Virus record (IMG/VR): IMGVR_UViG_3300021960_009431
Reading direction: 5' to 3' (one strand)
DNA length: 64,000 bases
Source: a virus
Made by a program: the position numbers and the translations under genes. Below the pieces are notes generated by a model. That model was not told the DNA's origin. It saw only the letters and a program-made list of their open reading frames with translations, and searched no databases. This document shows, one piece after another, positions 56,961-64,000 of this stretch; positions within the stretch are counted from its first letter, which is position 1, and each line of letters opens with the position of its first letter.

Positions 56961-57152
56961 ATGAAGGTCTGGTCTTCTGATATTATTAAAACGAAAGGGC
57001 ATTGGGCTACCGGTACTGTATGGAATGTCTTATCGTCTAATAAGAAAGACTCTTATAGTATTGAGATGTCTGACCGAGGCTTTACGTGTGACTGTCCTGC
57101 GTTTCGAAAATGTAAGCATATAAAAGAAGTAGAAGAGAGATTTGCTATATGA
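56961..57152 (+). CDS. SWIM zinc-finger protein
   Basis: CDCPAFRKCKHI. Confidence 0.8.
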   Translation: MKVWSSDIIKTKGHWATGTVWNVLSSNKKDSYSIEMSDRGFTCDCPAFRKCKHIKEVEERFAI

Positions 57153-57829
57153 GCATAGTTCCAATAAAAAATTTAGGTGCTAGTATTGGTCGCACTACTC
57201 TTGATGATAGTTTGATTGAAGATCTTATACAGCATTCGGAAAACTTACATAGAAGAGCTAATGGGTCTCTAGCTGGTAAAATTGAAGACGAAAAATTTTA
57301 TGAAGAAGAAAGTAGAGCATACTTCGAGAAACAATTATTAACTTATGCTGTTAACTTTTATGATGAGTGTGAAAAAGATAAAGGTTTTGTAGTTGATATA
57401 GAATTAAAAAAAATGGCTCAGTGGAGATTAGACGCTCTATGGGTTAATAGACAAGAACCTGGCGAGTATAATCCTATACATGAGCATTCTGGTAATATCT
57501 CATTTGTTATATACTTGCAAATACCTCACGGTATGTATGAAGAGGTAAATCCAACAAACGGTAGCCCTCCAGGATCTATTTCTTTTCGCTACGGCTCAGA
57601 TAATAGAATGTATCCAGCATGGCCTGGAACGGATGGGAAGCTTTCTGAAAGATATGTAATATCGGAATTAGAAACGCCGTTGCGACCATTAACTAATCTT
57701 GAGCTTAAACCAGAAGTAGGAGAAATGTTTATCTTTCCTTCTTTTTTAGCACACAGTGTAGAAGCTTTTTACAGTCCGGGAACAAGAATATCTGTTTCTG
57801 GTAATTTTAGTTTAGATTTTATAAAATGA
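57149..57829 (+). CDS. Putative 2OG-Fe(II) oxygenase
   Basis: LWVNRQ..GEYNPIHEH...ISFVIY...IFPSFLAHSV...RISVSGN. Confidence 0.85.
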   Translation: MSIVPIKNLGASIGRTTLDDSLIEDLIQHSENLHRRANGSLAGKIEDEKFYEEESRAYFEKQLLTYAVNFYDECEKDKGFVVDIELKKMAQWRLDALWVNRQEPGEYNPIHEHSGNISFVIYLQIPHGMYEEVNPTNGSPPGSISFRYGSDNRMYPAWPGTDGKLSERYVISELETPLRPLTNLELKPEVGEMFIFPSFLAHSVEAFYSPGTRISVSGNFSLDFIK

Positions 57830-58503
57830 ATGATTTAATATTATTTCCAAGCTTGCCAAGATCAGGCTCTACTCTTTTATCTAGTATACTGAATCAACAT
57901 CCACAAGTGTATGTTACCCAGACGTCAAATTTTGTTGATGTATTATGGAAAAATAATTCATGCTGGGAAAGTAATACACCTGAATCTAATGTAAGTTATT
58001 TTACAAATATAAAAGATGACTATTTAAAACAAATAACTAATTTATATTTTTCTCACTATACAGATAAAGATATAATTGTGGATAAAAGCCGTTATTGGTT
58101 TAATCTCAATAATTTACATATGTACTATACAGTGTATGGAAAATATCCTAAAATAATTTGCACTGTAAGAGATAGAGATGAAATAATTAACTCGTTTATT
58201 AATGTAGCACAAAAGAGTCTTATTACTTTTAATGGACATCATCAAAGAAATTTAATAGATAAATTTTATAATGAGTATCAACAAATTAAAAAAACTCATT
58301 TTAAAGACTGTTTTCACTATATTGAATATAATTCGATTGTAGATGATACTGATAGTGTAATGAAACAGCTTTGTAAATATTTAGAAATATCAGATTTTAA
58401 ATTTGATTATAATAATGTTGAATCTAATTTAGAAGCAGAGTTAGATAGTATGATAGGATTTAAAAATTTACATTATGTTCGTAATGAGATAAAAAGGAGA
58501 TAA
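57826..58503 (+). CDS. Sulfotransferase (Sulfotransfer_3-like)
   Basis: SLPRSGSTLLSSILNQHP, VDKSR.W, KIICTVRD...S. Confidence 0.85.
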   Translation: MNDLILFPSLPRSGSTLLSSILNQHPQVYVTQTSNFVDVLWKNNSCWESNTPESNVSYFTNIKDDYLKQITNLYFSHYTDKDIIVDKSRYWFNLNNLHMYYTVYGKYPKIICTVRDRDEIINSFINVAQKSLITFNGHHQRNLIDKFYNEYQQIKKTHFKDCFHYIEYNSIVDDTDSVMKQLCKYLEISDFKFDYNNVESNLEAELDSMIGFKNLHYVRNEIKRR

Positions 58504-58505
58504 TA

Positions 58506-58799
58506 ATGGCTAAACGAGGAGAGCTAAAACCTGTAGATGCAGATGAGTACCGTATTCGCTCTAATGCGAAGTATTATACTGTAGTTGGATTTAGACCTGG
58601 AGAAGGTAGAAAGCTTTTTCAGACGTTTGAGAATTTATTATGGGCTAAAGAATATTGTAAGGAGCTGTTACGTGATGGTTCTTTACGTCTTCGTGCTACA
58701 ATGATATATGCTGTCGATGAATATGATCGTAATGCATTAGTTGGTACTATGAACTTAGATGAAATTTGGAAAGATGTGGAGGTTAAACGTTATGCGTGA
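58506..58799 (+). CDS. Hypothetical protein
   Basis: AAGGAG RBS. Confidence 0.55.
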   Translation: MAKRGELKPVDADEYRIRSNAKYYTVVGFRPGEGRKLFQTFENLLWAKEYCKELLRDGSLRLRATMIYAVDEYDRNALVGTMNLDEIWKDVEVKRYA

Positions 58800-59052
58800 A
58801 GAGCTAATTACTAAATTAAAGGAAAATGTTTGTGTAGTTTCTTTCAAGAAGAAAGATGGAACTAATCGTAATATGAAATGCACTCTTAAAGAGAGTGTTG
58901 TTCCAAAAGCAACTAAAGAAGATCCTTTATCACAAAAAAAGATTCGTGCTTTAAATGAAGAAGTAGTCCCTGTATGGGATGTTGAGAAAGAAGGTTGGCG
59001 TTCTTTTAGAGTTGATTCAGTTATAACAATTGGTATTTGTACTGAAGCATGA
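58792..59052 (+). CDS. SH3/WYL-like beta-barrel protein (DUF2693-like)
   Basis: VSFKKKDGTNRNMKCTL...VWDVEKEGWRSFRVD. Confidence 0.8.
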   Translation: MREELITKLKENVCVVSFKKKDGTNRNMKCTLKESVVPKATKEDPLSQKKIRALNEEVVPVWDVEKEGWRSFRVDSVITIGICTEA

Positions 59053-59270
59053 CTCAGGAGCGTTATTATACGTATATGTTACGGAGGTATAAAGAGCATA
59101 TGAAAGAACTTAGAGAAGATCGTATGGATGAAAAAAAGCTTAACGTTGCTATCCATCATTATGCAGAAACTCATAGTATGACAAATGAACAAGTACATAA
59201 TATGATTCAAGAAAGTGCAGCAGCTAAGCAACTAGTAATTAATTACTATTGGGAAAAATTTACTTTATGA
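59049..59270 (+). CDS. Hypothetical protein
   Basis: Coupled ORF. Confidence 0.45.
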   Translation: MTQERYYTYMLRRYKEHMKELREDRMDEKKLNVAIHHYAETHSMTNEQVHNMIQESAAAKQLVINYYWEKFTL

Positions 59271-60049
59271 GAATTATTGCTGGTCCATGTCAACATGAAT
59301 CACTTGAGCAGTCATTAGAGATTGCTCGAGTATGTAAATGGGTTTGTGATCAATACGGCTTTGAATATATTTTTAAAGCATCATTCGATAAAGCTAATCG
59401 TACTTCTATGAACGGTATTAGAGGTGCTGGACTTATTAATACACTAAACGACTTTAGAAGATTAAAAGATGCAATACCAAATCTTAAAATTCTTACAGAT
59501 GTACATGATGTAGACCAAATTGAAAAGTTAGAGATGGATGAATTCTGTGGCTTAGTAGATGTATTACAAATTCCAGCTTTCTTATGCCGGCAAACAGATC
59601 TTATTCGCAAAGCTTGCGAGACTGATTGTATTGTTAATATTAAGAAAGGCCAGTTTCTTGCACCATGGGACATAAAAGGTATATTATCTAAAACAGAAGG
59701 TGCTAAAGAAGTATGGATAACTGAAAGAGGAACTAGTTTTGGTTATAATAATCTTGTTGTCGATTTTAATGGTTTGCAGTACATGCTTGATAACTATAGC
59801 GTTCCGATTGTATTTGATGCAACACACTCGTGCCAGAAACCTGGTGGAAGCGGTGAAAGTTCAGGTGGCAATCGTGCTTGGGTCCCAGGGCTCACTCGTG
59901 CTGCTTCTGCTTTGGGCATATCTAACTTCTTCTTAGAAGTGCATCCAGATCCAGATAACGCACCCAGTGATGGTCCTAATATGATTAAGTTAGAAAATTT
60001 TCAATCAGTAATAGATAGTATAGATAGGTTTAAAAATGAAAGCAGGTAA
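59267..60049 (+). CDS. kdsA: Kdo-8-phosphate synthase
   Basis: IIAGPC, KASFDKANRTS, QIPAFLCRQTDL, KKGQFL, ERG..FGY, DATHS, SDGPN. Confidence 0.95.
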   Translation: MRIIAGPCQHESLEQSLEIARVCKWVCDQYGFEYIFKASFDKANRTSMNGIRGAGLINTLNDFRRLKDAIPNLKILTDVHDVDQIEKLEMDEFCGLVDVLQIPAFLCRQTDLIRKACETDCIVNIKKGQFLAPWDIKGILSKTEGAKEVWITERGTSFGYNNLVVDFNGLQYMLDNYSVPIVFDATHSCQKPGGSGESSGGNRAWVPGLTRAASALGISNFFLEVHPDPDNAPSDGPNMIKLENFQSVIDSIDRFKNESR

Positions 60050-60383
60050 AGTATGGGGGATGACAGAGCTCGTTGAAGCTAATGGTGCTCTTGAATTTCA
60101 TCGGATCGAGATGAATAAAGGTGGTGTATGTAGTAAACACTTGCACGAGTTTAAGTGGAATGGTTTTTATGTAGAGTCAGGTCGTATGCTTATTCGTGTA
60201 TGGCAGAAAGATTATGATTTAGTAGATGAAACTATTCTTGAACCTGGTGATTATACAAAAGTTAAACCTGGAGTCTATCATCAGTTTGAATGTCTTGAAG
60301 ATGGTGTAGCGTTTGAACTATATTGGGCTGAGTTTAACCATAGCGATATTAAACGTGAAACAGTAGGTTTTTCTCAAAAATAA
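60036..60383 (+). CDS. Cupin (sugar isomerase-like)
   Basis: KVWG, CSKHLHEFK.NGFYVESG, PGVYHQF. Confidence 0.8.
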   Translation: MKAGKVWGMTELVEANGALEFHRIEMNKGGVCSKHLHEFKWNGFYVESGRMLIRVWQKDYDLVDETILEPGDYTKVKPGVYHQFECLEDGVAFELYWAEFNHSDIKRETVGFSQK

Positions 60384-60386
60384 TAG

Positions 60387-60416
60387 TTGCCTTTTAAGTA
60401 AAAGGTATTATATTAT
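60387..60416 (+). promoter_or_regulatory. sigma70-type early promoter
   Basis: TTGCCT then TATATT/TATTAT at 16-18 nt; GAGGAG RBS. Confidence 0.6.
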
Positions 60417-60441
60417 ATATTATAGATAGAGGAGAATATCA

Positions 60442-60954
60442 ATGAAAAATATTTTAGCTAGTGCAGCATTAGTTGCTTTAACTTCTGGTTGCGTCAATGC
60501 GCAGAGTTATACTGAAGTTGTTAAAGGTAATGTCATTGCTGTAGAAAATTTAACTCGTGTAGTTAGCGTTCAAAAACCTCATAGGAGTTGTTATACTGTA
60601 GATGTTCCTGTATATGGAAATAGTGGTGGGGGATCTACTAACGATACTATTGTAGGGGCTCTTATAGGTGGAGCTATCGGTAATCAATTTGGTAACGGTA
60701 GTGGCAAAGATGCTGCTACAGTGCTAGGTGCTATTGTCGGTGCTGATGTAGCTAATAAGAATAATAGAAATTCTAATGTAGTTGGCTATCGTCAAGAGAA
60801 TAGATGTACTACTGAATATATTACTGAACTACAAGAGCGTACCGCTGGTTATAAAGTTACTATTGAAGTAGATGGTACTACGTTTACCACTATCTCAAAT
60901 AGAAAGCATCGTGTAGGTCAAAGAGTAGAAGTTCAAAAACGATACGATTACTAA
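60442..60954 (+). CDS. Glycine-zipper 2TM envelope protein (YcfJ-like, possible lipoprotein)
   Basis: GALIGGAIGNQFGNGSGKDAATVLGAIVG; LTSGC lipobox-like signal. Confidence 0.82.
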   Translation: MKNILASAALVALTSGCVNAQSYTEVVKGNVIAVENLTRVVSVQKPHRSCYTVDVPVYGNSGGGSTNDTIVGALIGGAIGNQFGNGSGKDAATVLGAIVGADVANKNNRNSNVVGYRQENRCTTEYITELQERTAGYKVTIEVDGTTFTTISNRKHRVGQRVEVQKRYDY

Positions 60955-60958
60955 TATT

Positions 60959-61504
60959 ATGAATATTTTTATTTTGGATCGCGACCCGTATAAAGCGGCT
61001 CGACAGATGTGTGATAAACATGTAGTAAAGATGGTAACTGAAACCGCTCAGTTACTATCTACATGTCATCGATTACTAGATGGTGATATGTATATTGCTC
61101 GAACTAAAATCGGTCGTCGAATAAAGCGCTGGCGCTTGTATGATGATAGAGAGCAATTACTGTACAAAGCCTCTCATATTAATCATCCATGTAATATTTG
61201 GTTAAGAGAGACTAAAGGTAACTACGAGTGGACGTTCAATCACTTTATAGGTTTATGTGATGAGTATAAACATAGATATGGACGTGATCATAAAGCAGAT
61301 ACTGATTTCAGATTCTTTCTACATAGATTTCCTGACAACTTAAAAGACGGTTTGAGGACTGAATTTGCTCAGGCAATGCCGGATGAATGTAAGCAAAAAG
61401 ATGTTGAACTTGCTTACAAAAGATACTATAATATGTATAAAGCAGATATCGCTAAATGGAAATCTGGCTTAGTACCTGAATGGTTTGTAGGAGAGTTAGT
61501 ATGA
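60959..61504 (+). CDS. Pyrimidine-dimer DNA glycosylase / endonuclease V-like family protein
   Basis: MNIFILD...CDKHVVKM..ETAQLLST...HINHPC.IW...EY..RYG..H. Confidence 0.75.
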   Translation: MNIFILDRDPYKAARQMCDKHVVKMVTETAQLLSTCHRLLDGDMYIARTKIGRRIKRWRLYDDREQLLYKASHINHPCNIWLRETKGNYEWTFNHFIGLCDEYKHRYGRDHKADTDFRFFLHRFPDNLKDGLRTEFAQAMPDECKQKDVELAYKRYYNMYKADIAKWKSGLVPEWFVGELV

Positions 61505-61923
61505 GTATGCATATGATTAAAGGTGTTGCGGTTCATGGATCTAAGAAGCGTAAGTCTAAAAAGAAAATTGATATGAAAGAGATGGAAGTAAAAATGCGTC
61601 AGTATAATAAAGATATGCGACGTAAAGGACTTCATAGTTGTCAGTTTGAGACTGTAGAAGATTATGTTAATAACCTTACTGGTAAAGTTAAAAAAGTGAA
61701 ACAGGAGTTTAAGCCTTATGAACCGAAGACAACGGTCAGACGTACAACGCAGGTTATCCCTAGCAAATCGACGGACAGCATACCTGGCGCGGCAGCGCGA
61801 AAAGAGCGGCAAGTCTACTCCGGAGACTATGTCGTCGGTATCGCCTCAATGCATAAGTCGAACTTCGTCCCAGTAGGTCGTGGTGATGATCCTAAAGCTT
61901 ATGCTCAAATGAGACGAAATTAA
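61501..61923 (+). CDS. Conserved basic hypothetical protein
   Basis: YSGDYVVGIASMHKSNFVPV...MRR motif. Confidence 0.65.
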   Translation: MSMHMIKGVAVHGSKKRKSKKKIDMKEMEVKMRQYNKDMRRKGLHSCQFETVEDYVNNLTGKVKKVKQEFKPYEPKTTVRRTTQVIPSKSTDSIPGAAARKERQVYSGDYVVGIASMHKSNFVPVGRGDDPKAYAQMRRN

Positions 61924-61946
61924 TTTTAGTTTTGTGAAAAAAACAG

Positions 61947-61975
61947 TTGCACTTTATTCTGAAAGAGTCTATTAT
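61947..61975 (+). promoter_or_regulatory. sigma70-type early promoter
   Basis: AAAAACAG-TTGCAC-N17-TATTAT; AAGGAG RBS. Confidence 0.72.
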
Positions 61976-62005
61976 ATATTATAAGTTGTTAATAAGGAGA
62001 TACTT

Positions 62006-62197
62006 ATGAATATAGATTTTGATAAAGTCAAAGTTTTAAACGTAGACGGAATTGATATGAAAGATTATCCTAAGTTCTGTGATGCGTATATTGATGAAGC
62101 TCTTATTGATGGTGTACGAGCATCAGATGAAGAGTTAGATGTTATTAATGAGAATAGCTACTTTCTAATGGATGCTATTCATAACCATATTAATTGA
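62006..62197 (+). CDS. Small acidic early protein
   Basis: GIDMKDYPKFCDAYI...ELD..NE motif. Confidence 0.6.
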   Translation: MNIDFDKVKVLNVDGIDMKDYPKFCDAYIDEALIDGVRASDEELDVINENSYFLMDAIHNHIN

Positions 62198-62209
62198 GGA
62201 GAATTAAAT

Positions 62210-63151
62210 ATGTCACATCAAGTTGAAACTATGGCTTATGCCGGTGAAGTTCCTTGGCATGGATTAGGTGTTAAAGTTAATGATGATCTCACTGTAGATG
62301 AGATGATCGCGGCTGCTGGTCTCGATTGGACCGTTAGTAAGCAGCCTACTTTTTATCGCATTGGCGATGAAGAAATAGCGACAGGTAAGTATGCTCTTAT
62401 CAGGGATACAGATAAGCAGTTCCTGTCGAATGTCTCCGACGGGTGGGAGCCGTGTCAGAATGTTGATGCGTTTTCTATCTTTGAGGAGTTTGTAGAGCGC
62501 AATGAACTAGAAATGCATACAGCAGGTTCATTGAAGGACGGCAGAGTAGTCTGGGGTCTTGCAAAAATGAAAGATCAGTTTGCTTTGTTTAACGATGATG
62601 TGACGGAACAGTATCTCCTCCTCGTCAATCCGCACACGTTCGGTAACGGCATTCACGTCCGCTCTACCCCTATTCGAGTTGTTTGTAATAACACTCTATC
62701 ATTTGCTCTTGGTTCAGCATCTGATGTTAAATCAACTCAGAATCATCGTAAGATGTTTGACGTAGATCAAATGAAGCAAGCTATCGGACTTACTCGTGAG
62801 AAGCTTGCTCAGTATGAGACTATGGCTTCATTTCTTGCTAGTAAGCAGTTTAGTGAAGAAAAGTTTAAAGAGTATCTTAACGTTGTATTTCCTAATTTCT
62901 CTAAGAAAGAAGGAGCTGAGTTAAATCTTTCTCGTAATGCTAATCGTGCATTAGAGATTGTAGACACTCAACCTGGTGCAGAATTTGGACGAGGCACTTG
63001 GTGGCAAGCTTTTAATTCAGTTACTTACTTGACTGATCATGAGCTTGGTCGTAGTCAAGATTCTCGGTTGAACTCTGCTTGGTTAGGAGTTAATAAAGAT
63101 CGTAAGAATATGGCTTTAGAAAAGGCTGTTGAGTTTGCAGAAGCAGCATAA
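62210..63151 (+). CDS. DUF932 (LGT_TIGR03299-like) protein
   Basis: MAYAGEVPWHGLG, AGLDWTV, TAGSLKDGR, TPIRVVCNNTL, GTWWQAFNSVT...DH. Confidence 0.9.
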   Translation: MSHQVETMAYAGEVPWHGLGVKVNDDLTVDEMIAAAGLDWTVSKQPTFYRIGDEEIATGKYALIRDTDKQFLSNVSDGWEPCQNVDAFSIFEEFVERNELEMHTAGSLKDGRVVWGLAKMKDQFALFNDDVTEQYLLLVNPHTFGNGIHVRSTPIRVVCNNTLSFALGSASDVKSTQNHRKMFDVDQMKQAIGLTREKLAQYETMASFLASKQFSEEKFKEYLNVVFPNFSKKEGAELNLSRNANRALEIVDTQPGAEFGRGTWWQAFNSVTYLTDHELGRSQDSRLNSAWLGVNKDRKNMALEKAVEFAEAA

Positions 63152-64000
63152 AATAAACAACATTGTTGTAGTAGGGGGCGGTAGTGCTGGTTGGCTTACC
63201 GCTCTTACTGTTCATGCATATCAACCTGATAAAAATATAGTATTAATCGAAAGCGATGATATTGGTATATTAGGTGCAGGTGAAGGAACTATTCCTCATT
63301 TCACAGAAGCAATGCTTAATATTTTAAATATTGATTTTACTGATTTAATTAATAACACAAACGGTACAGTAAAAAATTCTATTAAATTTACAGGTTGGAA
63401 TAAATCTAATATAGATTTTCACCACACGTTTAATGCATTTGGCCCTCTATCTTATAATTCTTATAATGATAAACAAGATCAAACTTCTTTATTAATATCT
63501 CATCTATATGCTAATAATGATAATATTATTAATAAAGAAGCCATATCTTCACTAAGTGAAGAAACTAAAGTTCCTATTCTCAAAGATAATCTAGAAAGAT
63601 TAGCACCATTTGCTGTTCATTTTGACGCTCAGTTGTTAGCAAAATATTTACGTACACTAGCTATAGAAAGAGGTGTAACTAGAGTAGAAGGAATTATTGC
63701 ATCGTATGATGAGGATAATTCTGGTGATATTACTAATGTAATATTAAAAGATGGTAAAAATATACCATGTGATTTTATATTTGATTGTTCTGGTTTGCAT
63801 AGACAAATAATTGGTAAGCATTATAACAGTGAATGGATTTCTTATAAGGACAGCTTACCAGTAAATAGAGCATTACCATTCTTTATTAAAACTGATAATG
63901 ATCATAATCTTCATCCATACACTGAAGCTATTGCAATGAAGTATGGTTGGGTTTGGAAAATTCCTGTACAAGGTAGATATGGTTGTGGTTATGTTTTTGA
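63135..64000 (+). CDS. Flavin-dependent (tryptophan) halogenase family protein, runs off window (not in ORF track)
   Basis: TTG start overlapping previous gene; IVVVGGGSAGW, GAGEGT, TVKNSIKF, FIFDCSG, GWVWKIP (WxWxIP). Confidence 0.88.
   Translation, partial: MQKQHKINNIVVVGGGSAGWLTALTVHAYQPDKNIVLIESDDIGILGAGEGTIPHFTEAMLNILNIDFTDLINNTNGTVKNSIKFTGWNKSNIDFHHTFNAFGPLSYNSYNDKQDQTSLLISHLYANNDNIINKEAISSLSEETKVPILKDNLERLAPFAVHFDAQLLAKYLRTLAIERGVTRVEGIIASYDEDNSGDITNVILKDGKNIPCDFIFDCSGLHRQIIGKHYNSEWISYKDSLPVNRALPFFIKTDNDHNLHPYTEAIAMKYGWVWKIPVQGRYGCGYVF

Noticed and set aside
1-64000. tRNA genes, stop-codon reassignment, prophage integrase
   Set aside because: No T-loop/cloverleaf in intergenic space; genes are full length in code 11 with TAA, TGA and TAG all used as stops; no recombinase seen

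Overview
A 64-kb, AT-rich, gene-dense segment of a large lytic T4-like (cyanophage/phiM12-type) myovirus genome. The host is probably a marine Gram-negative alphaproteobacterium; this is inferred from a B12-dependent class II RNR, cytochrome c2, KdsA/KdsB and spanins. All genes except two are on the + strand. In order: (1) 1-11.5 kb, a late operon (TATAAATA promoter) with charged, Glu-punctuated putative internal head polyproteins, small virion proteins, a class-3 lipase and a lysis cassette (GH19 endolysin, i/o-spanins, EF-hand membrane protein). (2) 11.6-16 kb, primase, thyX, nrdJ and glutaredoxin. (3) 16-32.6 kb, a large glycan-synthesis/modification island (glycosyltransferases, kinase, nucleotidyltransferase-HAD, radical SAM, PLP enzyme, sulfotransferase, cysC) with guaC embedded. 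(4) 33-40 kb, rnh, phoH, exonuclease. (5) 40-64 kb, a hyperplastic early region driven by repeated sigma70-type promoters (11 in the whole window), with many small ORFs and auxiliary metabolic genes (kdsA, kdsB, PMM, Na/Pi transporter, shortened PEPCK, class I aldolase, PRTase, cytochrome c, halogenase). About 10 2OG-Fe(II) oxygenases are scattered through the window. The most interesting signals are: T4-type capsid-targeting sequences (one hidden in-frame inside another gene) next to protease-site-delimited cargo polyproteins; IHF-consensus boxes helically phased upstream of early promoters; a candidate phage Kdo/sulfate glycan pathway with a possible minimal ATP sulfurylase; and a pair of inverted, structured non-coding elements at 54.5 and 55.4 kb. 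No tRNA, rRNA, CRISPR array or integrase was seen. All family calls come from manual motif recognition, not database searches.
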